Origin: an uncultured Actinomycetes bacterium
GTDB taxonomy: Bacteria > Actinomycetota > Thermoleophilia > UBA2241
Direction: 5' to 3'
Length of the DNA stretch: 64,000 nt
Assembly (NCBI GenBank): GCA_963725665.1
Contig: CAVRZA010000003.1
Coordinates: forward strand, 96,001-160,000
The notes under the pieces were generated by a model that saw nothing but the letters and a program-made list of their open reading frames with translations, made no database searches and was not told the DNA's origin. Made by a program: the position numbers and the translations under genes. The stretch's first letter is position 1, and every line of letters begins with the position of its first letter. This document shows, piece after piece, positions 52,364-64,000 of this stretch.

Positions 52364-53208
52364 TCGTCACCGGCCTCTCGGGGGCCGGCAAGTCACAAGC
52401 CATCGACGCGTTTGAGGACGCCGGCTACTTCGCCGTCGACAACCTGCCGCCGCAACTGCTGCCGACGCTCGCTGACCTCTTCGCGCTGAAAGGGAGCAAG
52501 GTCGAACGAGTAGCGGTCGTCAGTGACGTGCGCGGCGGGTCGTACTTCGCCGAGCTCGAGCGTCTGCTCGGAACGCTCGAGGAACGCGGCGTGCGCTACA
52601 CGCTCGTGTTCCTCGAGGCCTCTGACGAGGTACTGATCCGCCGCTTCACCGAGACGCGCCGCCGTCACCCGCTGGCCAGGGACGAGACCGTCCTCGAAGG
52701 GATACGCGAGGAACGCGCCCTCCTCTGTGGACTGCGCGAGCGCGCCGACCTCGTGGTCGACACGAGTGAGCTCTCCATCCATCAGCTGAAGGCCCTGCTG
52801 AGCGACAACGTCATCAAGCCGGGCAAGAGGCCGACGCTCGTCTTCGCTTTCGTCTCCTTCGGTTACAAGTACGGCGTCCCGATCGACGCCGACCTGCTGT
52901 TCGACGTGCGCTTCCTGCCCAACCCCTACTGGGACCTGCGTCTCAAGCCGCTGAGCGGGCTCGACGAGCCGGTGCGCGAGTACGTGCTCGACTCCGACGG
53001 CGCGCGCGAGTACCTGGAGCGCCTCACCCACCTCCTCGACTTCCTCTTCCCCCGCTACGTGGCCGAGGGCAAGGCGCACCTCACCGTCGGTGTGGGCTGT
53101 ACCGGAGGACGACACCGCGCCGTCACCGTGGCCGTCTGGCTCGCCGACCACTACCGGCAGCAGGGTTACCAGACCGTCGTGCGCCACCGCGACATCGCGC
53201 GCGAGTGA
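52351..53208 (+). CDS. rapZ: RNase adapter RapZ (YvcJ)
   Basis: VTGLSGAGKS, VDNLP, TRRRHP, SFGYKYG, DVRFLPNP, GCTGGRHR. Confidence 0.96.
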   Translation: MEFVIVTGLSGAGKSQAIDAFEDAGYFAVDNLPPQLLPTLADLFALKGSKVERVAVVSDVRGGSYFAELERLLGTLEERGVRYTLVFLEASDEVLIRRFTETRRRHPLARDETVLEGIREERALLCGLRERADLVVDTSELSIHQLKALLSDNVIKPGKRPTLVFAFVSFGYKYGVPIDADLLFDVRFLPNPYWDLRLKPLSGLDEPVREYVLDSDGAREYLERLTHLLDFLFPRYVAEGKAHLTVGVGCTGGRHRAVTVAVWLADHYRQQGYQTVVRHRDIARE

Positions 53209-53285
53209 CGTGGACGGTCCGGTCGCGGAATGAGGCTCGCACCCCGCCGCCTTGCCGCGGTGCTCGAGCGCCTGGCGTACTGACC

Positions 53286-54203
53286 GTGTCGTTCACCGGC
53301 GACGTCAAACGCGAGCTCGCCGGCCTGCCGCTGGGGTGGGGGCATTGCCGGCAGGCCGAGCTCTCGGGCCTGCTCTTCGGCGCCGGCACGTTTGAGATCG
53401 CCTCCGGTGGCCAGTACGCGGTGCGTGTCTCACTCGGCCTGCCGGCGGTCGTCCGGCGTCTGGTCGCCTTCGTGCACAGCTTCGACGTCGCCGTCGAGCT
53501 GCGCACGGTGGAGACGGCGCCTCTCGGCTTGCGCTACGAGGCGGTGCTGGGCGACGACGCGCGTCAGCTCCAGCTCCTCAACGAGCTCGGGGTGCTGAGC
53601 GACTCGTTCCGCTTTCAGGGCCGCCTGCCGCGTCGGCTTGTGGAGAGGCGTTGCTGCGCCGTCGCCTTCGCGCGCGGCGCCTTCCTCGCCTGCGGCTCCA
53701 TCTCGACACCGGGCGACCCCGTGCACGCGGAGCTCACCGTCGAGGACCCGCTCCTGGCGCGCGACTTGGCCGCCCTGCTGCGGCGCCTGGGGCTGCCGTT
53801 CTCGCTCTCCGAGCGGGGGCGCAACGTCGCCTGCTACAGCAAGCGCGGCGAGACCGCGGCCGATCTGCTCGCCACGCTGGGAGCGCACGACGCCCGTCTG
53901 CGCTGGGAGGAGCACCTCGTGCTGGGGCGCGTGCGCGAGCGCGCCAACCGGCTGGCCAACTGTGACGAGGCCAACGCGCGGCGGGCGGCGGCGGCGGCGC
54001 GCCGCCAGACCGAGCTGGCGCAGGCGCTCGTGGCCGACCCGCGCTGGCCGACGCTGCCGCCGGCCCTGCGCGAGGCGGCCGAGCTGCGCCTGCGCCACCC
54101 CTACCTGAGCCTGCAGGAGCTCGCCCGCAAGCGCCGCCCGCCGCTCACCAAGTCGACGCTCAACCATCGCTTCAGGCGCATCGAGCAGCTCGTCGGGCGC
54201 TAG
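53286..54203 (+). CDS. whiA: DNA-binding protein WhiA
   Basis: MSFTGDVKRELA, RGAFLACGS, NRLANCDEAN, LRLRHPYLSLQEL, TKS.LNHR. Confidence 0.95.
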   Translation: MSFTGDVKRELAGLPLGWGHCRQAELSGLLFGAGTFEIASGGQYAVRVSLGLPAVVRRLVAFVHSFDVAVELRTVETAPLGLRYEAVLGDDARQLQLLNELGVLSDSFRFQGRLPRRLVERRCCAVAFARGAFLACGSISTPGDPVHAELTVEDPLLARDLAALLRRLGLPFSLSERGRNVACYSKRGETAADLLATLGAHDARLRWEEHLVLGRVRERANRLANCDEANARRAAAAARRQTELAQALVADPRWPTLPPALREAAELRLRHPYLSLQELARKRRPPLTKSTLNHRFRRIEQLVGR

Positions 54204-54214
54204 CCGCCCGTCCG

Positions 54215-54320
54215 CCGTTGCCATCGCCGGCGCGCGCTCGCCGGCTGCCATCGCCGGTTGATCGCCGGCGCGCGCTTGCCGGTTGCCATCGCCGGTTGAT
54301 CGCCGGCGCACGCTCGCCGC
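54215..54320. repeat. imperfect ~38-bp tandem repeat downstream of whiA
   Basis: TGCCATCGCCGGTTGATCGCCGGCGCRCGCT twice, plus a truncated preceding copy. Confidence 0.7.
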
Positions 54321-54544
54321 CTCCCTCGGGAGGCCTCGTCTGGCCGGTCTCGCGCCGTCTCGCCGGCGCAGGCGCTACCTCTTCGATGTCCGCTCGCGCC
54401 GTCATATACTCCCACGGGCGCGTAGGGCCTGGAGCGGTCGTGCATCCTCGCGACCGAGGCTTCTCCACGGTGTCACCCTGCGGGTGGGTTTGAAGGCAAC
54501 CGGCTTTGGTAAGCTCCCTGGTGGTCAACGACGCGGAGGATCAG

Positions 54545-55543
<999 letters not shown>

Positions 55544-55689
55544 AGGAGAGCAGCAGTCGCGAGAGAGCTGGGGGCCGGCGCGCCCGTGCGGGCGCGCCGG
55601 CCCCCAGCGCACCGCCGCGACGGGGGCGGGCGCGTGCACGTCGAGGAAGAGCGGCCACCTGCCGCTCACCGCGAAGGGAGGCGACACCC

Positions 55690-56878
55690 GTGGCCAAACG
55701 GTCCGTCAGCGACTACCCAGTGGAGGGCAAGCGCGTCTTGATGCGCGTCGACTTCAACGTGCCCTTGAAGGAGGGCGGCGTCGCCGACGACACGCGCATC
55801 CGCGCCGCCCTGCCTACCATCACCTACCTCCTCGAACGCGGCTGCCCGGTGATCCTCTGTTCCCATCTCGGGCGCCCCAAGGGCCAGGTCGTCGAGGAGT
55901 TGCGCCTCGCGCCGGTGGCGAAGCGCCTCGCGCAGCTCCTGCGGGCGCGAGGTACGCAGCGCGGGAGACTGTGTAGGGCCCGAGGTCGAGGCGGCCGCGG
56001 CGGAGCTGCCGCCGGGGGGCGTGCTCCTTCTCGAGAACTTGCGCTTCCACAAGGAGGAGACAGACAACGACCCCGAGTTCGCGCGCCGGCTGGCCGGACT
56101 CGCTGAGGTGTACGTGAACGACGCCTTCGGCAGCGCCCACCGCGCCCACGCCTCCACCCAGGGCGTCGCGCACTACCTGCCGGCCGTGGCCGGCTTCCTC
56201 ATGGCTAAGGAGCTCGAGATCCTGGGCCGTCTGCTCGCCGAGCCCGCGCGGCCCTTCGTCGTCGTTCTCGGGGGGGTGAAGGTCTCCGACAAGATCGGCG
56301 TTATCGAGAGCATGCTCGCCAAGGCCGATTCGGTGCTCATCGGCGGCGCCATGTGCTACACCTTCTTCAGGGAACAGGGCAGACCGGTGGGCACGTCGCT
56401 GGTCGAGGCCGACAAGCTCGACGTGGCCCGCCAGGCGCTCGACGCGGCCGCGGCGAGCGCCTGCGAGTTCCTGCTCCCCGTCGATGTGGTCGTGGCGCCC
56501 GAGCCCGTGGCCGGTGCGCCCAAAGAGACCGTCACCGCCGATGCCATCCCGGCCGATCGCATGGGTCTCGACATCGGACCCCAGACGGTCGCCGCCTACA
56601 CGGAGCGCATCGCCGCGGCCGGCACCGTGTTCTGGAACGGGCCCATGGGGCTCTTCGAGACCCCCGACTTCGCCGACGGCACCCGTGCGGTGGCCGAGGC
56701 GGTGGCGAGCTGCGCCGGCATCACGGTGACGGGCGGCGGCGACACGGTGAGCGCGTTGCGCGCCTTCGGTCTCGAGGAGAAGGTCACGCACGTCTCCACG
56801 GGCGGCGGCGCCTCGATGGAGTTCCTCGAAGGGCGCCCCCTGCCCGGCGTCGAGGCACTGCTCGATGCGCGGGAGTAG
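55690..56878 (+). CDS. pgk: phosphoglycerate kinase; +1 frameshift near 55943
   Basis: RVDFNVP, SHLGRP, then LLENLRF, NDAFG.AHRAH, WNGPMG, STGGGAS. Confidence 0.95.
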
Positions 56879-56935
56879 CGGCGAGCCTTGACGGGGGAGG
56901 CTGATGGCGTCGGTGGCGACGAGAAAGGAACGGCG

Positions 56936-57707
<772 letters not shown>

Positions 57708-57747
57708 CGGGCGGCGCCGGCATCCGCGCCGCGGCGAGAGCGCGGGC

Positions 57748-59388
57748 GTGAGCGATCCCGAGCCTGACGGCGCGGGTGGGCCGGGCCGCCCGGCCTCGCC
57801 GGCTCCCGACCCTGCCCTTTCGCCGACGGGGCGGGCGTTTCGTCCGGTCGTGCTCGCCGTCCTCGACGGCTGGGGCAATGCGCAGCCGGGACCGGGCAAC
57901 GCCGTGGAGCTGGCGAGCACACCGGCCTTCGACGCTCTTCTTGCGCGCTGGCCTCACGGTGTCCTCGAGGCCTCCGGTCTTGCAGTCGGCCTGCCGCCGG
58001 GGCAGATGGGCAACTCCGAGGTGGGCCACCTCAACATCGGCGCCGGGCGAGTCGTCTACCAGGAGCTCACGCGCATCACACGCGCGATAGAAGAGGGCGA
58101 GTTCTTCGCCAACCAGGTGCTCAAAGACGCCCTGGCGGCGGCGCGCGAGCGCGGCTCGACCTTCCACCTCATGGGACTCGTCTCGGACGGCGGCGTGCAC
58201 TCCGATCTCGGTCACCTCAAGGCGTGCCTCGAGATGGCGCGCCGCGAGGGGGTGACCGACGTCGTCGTGCACGCCTTCCTCGACGGACGCGACACGCCGC
58301 CGGACAGCGCCGGCGGGTACCTGGCCGAGGTCGCCGATGCGATGGCGGCCGTCGGTGTCGGCCGCTACGGCAGCGTCATCGGGCGCTACTACGCCATGGA
58401 CCGCGACAGTCGCTGGGAGCGCGTGAAGCTCGCCTACGACGCCATGGTCCACGGCGAGGGCGAGCGCGCGCCCGACGAGCAGACCGCGCTCGCCCTCGCC
58501 TACGCGCGCGGCGAGACAGACGAGTTCGTGCGTCCGACGGTCGTCGGCGACGACCGTCGGACGCTGGTGAAGGACGACGACTCGTGTCTCTTCTTCAACT
58601 TCCGCCCCGACCGCGCGCGCGAGCTCACGAGGGCCTTCACCGAGCCGTCGTTCGCCCGCTTCGATCGCGGCCCGCGGCCGCCCCAGGTGACCTTCACCAC
58701 GATGACCCAGTACAAGAAGGAGTTTCCGCTGCCCGTGGCCTTCCCGCCCCAGGGCGTCGAGCACGTGCTGGCCGAGGTGCTCGCCGAGAACGGTCTGCGT
58801 CAGCTGCACGTCGCCGAGACGGAGAAGTACGGGCACGTGACCTTCTTCTTCAATGGGGGGGTCGAGCGCGAAGTGGCGGGGGAGAGGCGCATCCTCATCC
58901 CCAGCCCCCGGGATGTGGCGACCTACGACCAGAAGCCCCAGATGAGCGCTTTCGAGGTGGCCGACGAGCTCGTGCGTCAGCTCGACTCGGGCGAGTTCGA
59001 CTTCATCGTCGTGAACTTCGCCAACGCCGACATGGTGGGACATTCGGGAGTGCTCGAGGCGGCGATCGCCGCCGTCGAGGCCGTCGACGCCTGCGTCGGA
59101 CGGGTGGTCGACAAGGTCCTCAGCCTGAGCGGCGTCTGCCTGGTCACGGCCGACCACGGCAACTCTGACAGCATGGTCGACGCGCGCGGCGGGCCCGACA
59201 CGGCGCACAGCACCAACCCGGTGCCGTTCATCGCCACGGTCGCCGGCGTGCGCGTGCGCGACGGTGGCATCCTGGCCGACATCGCGCCCACCGTGCTGCA
59301 CCTTCTCGGCTACCCGGCCCCGCCCGAGATGACGGGTCGCGATCTTCTCGAGCCGGCCGCGACCTCCGTCGCGGCCGGCTCGGCCTGA
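57748..59388 (+). CDS. gpmI: 2,3-bisphosphoglycerate-independent phosphoglycerate mutase
   Basis: LDGWG, GNSEVGH, DGGVHS, GRYYAMDRD, AETEKY.HVT, DMVGH, TADHGN. Confidence 0.96.
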   Translation: MSDPEPDGAGGPGRPASPAPDPALSPTGRAFRPVVLAVLDGWGNAQPGPGNAVELASTPAFDALLARWPHGVLEASGLAVGLPPGQMGNSEVGHLNIGAGRVVYQELTRITRAIEEGEFFANQVLKDALAAARERGSTFHLMGLVSDGGVHSDLGHLKACLEMARREGVTDVVVHAFLDGRDTPPDSAGGYLAEVADAMAAVGVGRYGSVIGRYYAMDRDSRWERVKLAYDAMVHGEGERAPDEQTALALAYARGETDEFVRPTVVGDDRRTLVKDDDSCLFFNFRPDRARELTRAFTEPSFARFDRGPRPPQVTFTTMTQYKKEFPLPVAFPPQGVEHVLAEVLAENGLRQLHVAETEKYGHVTFFFNGGVEREVAGERRILIPSPRDVATYDQKPQMSAFEVADELVRQLDSGEFDFIVVNFANADMVGHSGVLEAAIAAVEAVDACVGRVVDKVLSLSGVCLVTADHGNSDSMVDARGGPDTAHSTNPVPFIATVAGVRVRDGGILADIAPTVLHLLGYPAPPEMTGRDLLEPAATSVAAGSA

Positions 59389-59520
59389 CGTCGGCGACTC
59401 CGCCTGACGCCGGCGGGCCGGCTCCGTCCGAGGCCGACGACTGCGCCGCCCTGCGATTGTCATAAGGGGGCAGCGCGCGTATGCTCTCGCGAGGCACGGA
59501 TCGACACGCTGGAGAATCCC

Positions 59521-59739
59521 ATGCTGAACGCCATCTTGATAGCCGTCTACTTGCTGGTCGCGGTCCTTCTCATCGCCCTCGTCCTGTTGCATTCGGGCAA
59601 GGACGCCGGCATGAGCAGCTCCTCCGGCTTCTCCTTCGCCTCTCAGGCGAGCGTCATGGAGAAGAACCTGACCCGCTACACCATCATCACGGGGGTCGTG
59701 TTCTTCGCGCTGACGTTCGTCCTCATCTGGCGGCTCTAG
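59521..59739 (+). CDS. secG: preprotein translocase subunit SecG
   Basis: Two TM helices, LLH.GK..G linker, EKNL.R.T; position after the glycolytic operon. Confidence 0.9.
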   Translation: MLNAILIAVYLLVAVLLIALVLLHSGKDAGMSSSSGFSFASQASVMEKNLTRYTIITGVVFFALTFVLIWRL

Positions 59740-59944
59740 CCGCTGCGGGCCACGCCCGACGAAGCACCTTCCCCGGCGGCAGGATGGTGGTAGACTGCGC
59801 AGAACCTATGCACGTCTGCAAGATTCCGACTGATACGGGACGGGACAGGAGGTATCCGATATCGGGGGAGACGTAGGGTCGTCTAACCGGGAGATCCCCC
59901 CGAGGGGTGGGGGGCGGTCACTGCTTCAAGAGAAGGGAGTCACA

Positions 59945-61618
59945 TTGACAAGGATTGACAGAAAGTGGGCCGTGCTGGCCGTCGCGCTCGTGCTGGTCGC
60001 TCTGGCGCTGGCGCTGGCCGCCTGCGGCAGCAGCAGCACCACGACGACGGCCTCGCCGGCCGAGAGCCCCAAGGCGGGCGGTACGTTCACCTGGGGGGAG
60101 GAAGCCGACCCCGGCGGCATCGCGCCGTGGACCGTCTACGAATCCGTGGGCTGGAACATCAACCACCAGACCTTCGAGGGTCTCGTCAAGTACACGGTCC
60201 AGCCCGACGGCACGATGAAGACCGAGCCCGACATCGCCGAGAGCTACTCGAGCCCCGACGGTAGGGTGTGGACGTTCAAGCTGAAGCAGGGCGTCATGTT
60301 CGGGCCGCCGGTGAACCGCGAGGTCAAGGCGCAGGACTTCGTCGCCTCGTGGGACTTCAACAGCGACAAGAGCCTGGGTACGAACTACACGGTGTTCGTC
60401 TTTGCCTCCATCGTCGGCACCGACGACTCGGGCTTCCGCAAGGGCGCGACGCTCACCGGTGTAAAGGCGGTCGACGACTACACGCTCGAGGTCACGCTGA
60501 AGAAGCCGTTCTACGACTTCCCCGTGACGACGGGTCACCCGATCATGATGGTCGAGCCGGTCGACTACGTAAAGCAGGTCGGGGTGAAGAAGTACGCCCA
60601 GAAGCCGGTCGGCGGCACGGGGCCGTACATGGTCGACGCCTGGGTCCCCAACAAGTACGTCAACATGGTCAAGAACCCGAGCTGGTGGCAGGCGGGCAGC
60701 GGCACGGGACCGTATCTCGACACGCTGCAGATGAAGAGGTACGGCAACGAGAACAGCGAGTGGCTCGACTTCCAGAAGGGCACCATCGACTGGACGATCG
60801 TCCCGCCGGGGCAGATCGCCGCGGCCGAGAACAACCCCAAGGTCAAGGACGGCACGTGGTCGGCCAAGAAGTGGCCCGAACTGGCGATCGAGTACACCAA
60901 CATCAACATGAAGGACTCGGTCGTCGGGGGCACCAAGGGCCTGCCGATCCGCCAGGCGCTGGCCTACTCGGCCGACACCAACGCCATCATCAACGTGGTG
61001 CGCGAGGGCGTCCCGGTCCCGGCGACCGGCTTCGTGCCGGCGGGTATCCCGGGCTCCGGCCTCGTCTCGCTGCCCTACCCCTACGATCTCAACAAGGCCA
61101 AGGAGCTCGTGGCCCAGATCGGTACGGTCCCGACGCTGAACTACTGGACGGAGACCAACTCCGAGACGGCGACGAAGGTGGCCGAGGCCCTGCAGGCGGG
61201 CTGGAAGCAGGCTGGCATCAACGTGAAGATCACGGCCTACGAGTGGAACAAGCTCAACAGCTTGCAGCGCGATGCCGCACCCGGCGACCAGATCGGGCGC
61301 TCCGGTTGGCTGGCCGACTACCCGCTGCAGGACGACTTCCTCTACCCCATGTTCTACAGCACGCAGATGGGGCTGAACGGCTACTCGTTCTACTCGAACC
61401 CCAAGTTCGATGCCCTGATCGACCAGGCGCGGGCCACGGCCGACGAGACACAGCGTCGTAACCTGTACGCCGAGGCCGAGAAGCTCGTCCTCGACGATGG
61501 GGTGGTGATCCCGACCTACTTCTTCCGCGCCTTCCGCGTCTGGAACTCGACGCGCATCGGTGGCCTGGTGTACTCGCCGCTTGCCACCTGGAACCTGTGG
61601 AGCGCGTGGGTCAAGTAG
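59945..61618 (+). CDS. peptide/nickel ABC transporter substrate-binding lipoprotein (family 5)
   Basis: LAAC lipobox, FEGLV, AES...DG..WTF.L, GTGPY, RQAL, GW.ADY. Confidence 0.92.
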   Translation: MTRIDRKWAVLAVALVLVALALALAACGSSSTTTTASPAESPKAGGTFTWGEEADPGGIAPWTVYESVGWNINHQTFEGLVKYTVQPDGTMKTEPDIAESYSSPDGRVWTFKLKQGVMFGPPVNREVKAQDFVASWDFNSDKSLGTNYTVFVFASIVGTDDSGFRKGATLTGVKAVDDYTLEVTLKKPFYDFPVTTGHPIMMVEPVDYVKQVGVKKYAQKPVGGTGPYMVDAWVPNKYVNMVKNPSWWQAGSGTGPYLDTLQMKRYGNENSEWLDFQKGTIDWTIVPPGQIAAAENNPKVKDGTWSAKKWPELAIEYTNINMKDSVVGGTKGLPIRQALAYSADTNAIINVVREGVPVPATGFVPAGIPGSGLVSLPYPYDLNKAKELVAQIGTVPTLNYWTETNSETATKVAEALQAGWKQAGINVKITAYEWNKLNSLQRDAAPGDQIGRSGWLADYPLQDDFLYPMFYSTQMGLNGYSFYSNPKFDALIDQARATADETQRRNLYAEAEKLVLDDGVVIPTYFFRAFRVWNSTRIGGLVYSPLATWNLWSAWVK

Positions 61619-61665
61619 AGCTTGCTAGTGGCGTGAGCGCCGCCTACACTCCGTAGGCGACGGTC

Positions 61666-61703
61666 TGGGCGGTCTGCCGCCGCAAAGGGCGGCAGACCGC
61701 CCA
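61666..61703 (+). terminator. 16-bp hairpin after the substrate-binding gene (terminator/mRNA-stabilising)
   Basis: TGGGCGGTCTGCCGCC-GCAAAG-GGCGGCAGACCGCCCA. Confidence 0.65.
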
Positions 61704-61764
61704 TTCATGCGCGGTCGGCTCGTCGATCGGCGCCCCGGGCGCCGCGTGAGGTACACAACCCCGG

Positions 61765-62721
61765 ATGATCAGCTACATAGTCAGGCGTCTCTTCCAGCTC
61801 GTCATCGTGCTGATCGGCGTCACCATCCTCACCTTCGCCATCCTCTTCCTGGTCCCGGGCGATCCGGCGACGGTCCTCGCCGGCAAGGACGTCACACCCG
61901 AGAAGCTGGCCGTCATCCGCCACAACCTCGGCCTCGACAAGCCAATCTACGTGCAGTACGGCCTCTTCATGGGGCGCCTGCTGCGCGGCGATCTCGGGGA
62001 TTCGTACCAGCAGCAGCGTCCGGTGACGCAGATGATCAGGGAGGCGCTGCCGAACACGGTGCAGCTCGCCATGGCGGCCGTCCTGATCGAGCTCTTGGGC
62101 ATCCCGCTGGGCATCTACTCGGCGCTGCGCCAGTTCACGTTCTGGGACACGGCGCTGACCACCTCCGCCCTCATCATCTGGGGCATCCCGGTCTTCGTGC
62201 TCGGCCTCTTCATGCAGTGGTTCTTCGGCCTGAAGCTCGGCCTGTTTCCGATCGCCGGCAGCAGCGGCGGCACCCTCCTGTGGGTCATCCCCACCGACTG
62301 GACGAACCTCTCCTACCTCATCCTGCCCGCCGTGACGCTGGGCATCATCGAGATCGCCTACATCTCGTACATGCAGCGCGCCTCGATGCTCGAGGTGATC
62401 CGCTCCGACTACGTGCGCACGGCTCGGGCCAAGGGCCTGTCCGAGCGCTCGGTCGTGTACAAGCACAGTCTCAAAAACGCGCTGATCCCGGTGATGACGA
62501 TCGCCGGCATCGACCTGGGCGCCCTGATGGGCGGCGCCATCCTCACCGAGACCGTCTTCTCGCGCTTCGGCATCGGCCTGATGATCTACAACGCCATCAA
62601 CGCTCGTGACCTCCCGGTCGTGGCCGGCGGCGTGCTCTTCGCCACGTTCGTGTTCGTGATCGCCAACCTCGTGGTCGACATCGCCTACGCCTACGTCGAT
62701 CCCCGTATCCGCTACGAGTAG
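61765..62721 (+). CDS. peptide ABC transporter permease (OppB/DppB)
   Basis: YIVRRL, PGDP, GDLG.S, DYVRTARAKGL, DPRIRY. Confidence 0.94.
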   Translation: MISYIVRRLFQLVIVLIGVTILTFAILFLVPGDPATVLAGKDVTPEKLAVIRHNLGLDKPIYVQYGLFMGRLLRGDLGDSYQQQRPVTQMIREALPNTVQLAMAAVLIELLGIPLGIYSALRQFTFWDTALTTSALIIWGIPVFVLGLFMQWFFGLKLGLFPIAGSSGGTLLWVIPTDWTNLSYLILPAVTLGIIEIAYISYMQRASMLEVIRSDYVRTARAKGLSERSVVYKHSLKNALIPVMTIAGIDLGALMGGAILTETVFSRFGIGLMIYNAINARDLPVVAGGVLFATFVFVIANLVVDIAYAYVDPRIRYE

Positions 62722-62728
62722 GGTAGGC

Positions 62729-63700
62729 GTGGCCGACACGACCTCAGCCGCCTCGTTCGGAGCCCCGCAGCTCGACTCGCCGCTGCCGCCGACCGCCGAG
62801 AGCGAGGTGCCGACGACGCGACCGGTAGGGCTGTGGGCCGACACCTGGCGCCGCCTCAAGCGCAACAAGCTGGCACTGGTCGGCCTCGGCATCATCACCG
62901 TCTTCATGATCATCGGCATGAGCCAGGTCATCGCCAACCTCCTCAACGTGCAGCTCACGCCCTACGACCCCAACGCGGTGAACTACACCCTGTCGCCGCA
63001 CGGCCTCGGCTCTCCGCCTTCCCCGGCGCATCCCTTCGGCACCGACTACCTGGGCCGCGACGTCCTCTCGCGCACCATCGTCGCTGCGCGCATCTCGATG
63101 CTCGTCGGTGTCATCGCCGTCGCCATCGCCCTGGTCATCGGGCTCTCCCTGGGGCCCGTCTCGGGCTACTACGGCGGCATCACCGACGCGGTCATCATGC
63201 GCGTCGCCGACGTCTTCTTCGCCTTTCCCTACATCCTCTTCGTGCTGCTCATCATGACGGTGCTGGGGCCCGGCTTCACGAACGTCTTCATCGCCATCGG
63301 TCTGCTGAGCTGGGCGACCTACGCCCGTCTCAACCGCGGTTCGGTGCTCAGCGTGAGGACGATGGAGTTCATCGAGGCGGCGCGCGCGCAAGGGGCCAGC
63401 GATCTGCGCATCATCTTCCGTCACGTGCTGCCCAACACGATGGCGCCGGTCTACGTCGCCATCGCCATGGGGGTCGGCGGCGCCATCGCCACCGAGGCGG
63501 CGCTGAGCTTCCTCGGCATCGGCATCCAGCCGCCGAACGCGAGCTGGGGCAGCATGATCGCGAGCTACTTGACCTACGTGCCCGCCGGCTCCTGGTGGAT
63601 GGAGCTCTTCCCCAGCCTCGCCCTGGTGCTCACGGTCTTCGGCTTCATCGCCTTCGGCAATGGCCTGCGCGACGCCACCGACCCCAAGCTGAAGGAGTAG
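62729..63700 (+). CDS. peptide ABC transporter permease (OppC/DppC)
   Basis: HPFGTD.LGRD, EAARA.GA, HVLPN, LSFLGIG, GLRDA.DP. Confidence 0.94.
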   Translation: MADTTSAASFGAPQLDSPLPPTAESEVPTTRPVGLWADTWRRLKRNKLALVGLGIITVFMIIGMSQVIANLLNVQLTPYDPNAVNYTLSPHGLGSPPSPAHPFGTDYLGRDVLSRTIVAARISMLVGVIAVAIALVIGLSLGPVSGYYGGITDAVIMRVADVFFAFPYILFVLLIMTVLGPGFTNVFIAIGLLSWATYARLNRGSVLSVRTMEFIEAARAQGASDLRIIFRHVLPNTMAPVYVAIAMGVGGAIATEAALSFLGIGIQPPNASWGSMIASYLTYVPAGSWWMELFPSLALVLTVFGFIAFGNGLRDATDPKLKE

Positions 63701-63702
63701 CG

Positions 63703-64000
63703 GTGGCCGAACGCCTCCTCGAGGTCTCCGATCTGAGCACGCACTTCTTCACGCACGCCGGCGTGGTCAAGGCGGTGAACGGGGTGAGCTTCAGCCTCGA
63801 CCGCAACGAGACGCTGGGCATCGTCGGCGAGTCCGGCTCGGGCAAGACCGTGACGGCCCTGTCGATCCTGCGCCTCGTGCCCGACCCGCCGGGCAAGATC
63901 GTCGAGGGATCGATCGTGTTCAAGGGGCGCGACCTGCTGACGCTGAGCGACGACGAGATACGCCAGGTGCGCGGCAACGACATCGCCATGATCTTCCAGG
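63703..64000 (+). CDS. peptide ABC transporter ATP-binding protein (OppD/DppD), 5' part
   Basis: [41 protein letters not shown]; runs off window. Confidence 0.92.
   Translation, partial: MAERLLEVSDLSTHFFTHAGVVKAVNGVSFSLDRNETLGIVGESGSGKTVTALSILRLVPDPPGKIVEGSIVFKGRDLLTLSDDEIRQVRGNDIAMIFQ

Noticed and set aside
54215-54320. Possible CRISPR array
   Set aside because: Units are directly tandem with no unique spacers, and no cas genes are nearby.
54470-54474. WhiA GACAC box upstream of gap
   Set aside because: Five-base match in reverse orientation and at the wrong distance from the -10; expected by chance.

Overview
GC-rich chromosomal window from a deep-branching actinobacterium. Thermoleophilia/Coriobacteriia-like affiliation is inferred from the polA-rpsA-coaE-slt...uvrB-uvrA-uvrC order, rapZ-whiA-gap-pgk-tpiA-gpmI-secG, a Gram-positive LexA box and many leaderless genes. 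The first 27 kb holds mixed metabolic and stress genes plus tRNA-Leu(GAG): PHP-glycosyltransferase, peptidases, Fe-S aldo/keto reductase, OsmC, ABC-2 exporter, exonuclease-DinG, two ferritin-like proteins, ADP-ribosylglycohydrolase and a large S8 protease. An ~11 kb visibly lower-GC island (about 33.4-44.4 kb) lies between slt and uvrB, bounded by a diverged duplication of the slt 3' end. It carries a decaying tungsten aldehyde oxidoreductase plus a HydB/HydA-like (Bfu-type electron-bifurcating) module, MoaD/MoeB, a liv-type ABC importer and a META protein, with two large internal deletions. The right end holds a peptide ABC importer. Isolated +1 frameshifts in housekeeping genes (rpsA, pgk, tpiA, probably uvrA) point to insertion-biased sequencing error. 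Other notable items: a ~190-nt structured intergenic element with alternative folds, a CsoR-type operator before osmC, and the absence of yvcK between rapZ and whiA. All calls come from motif recognition only; no database searches were run.
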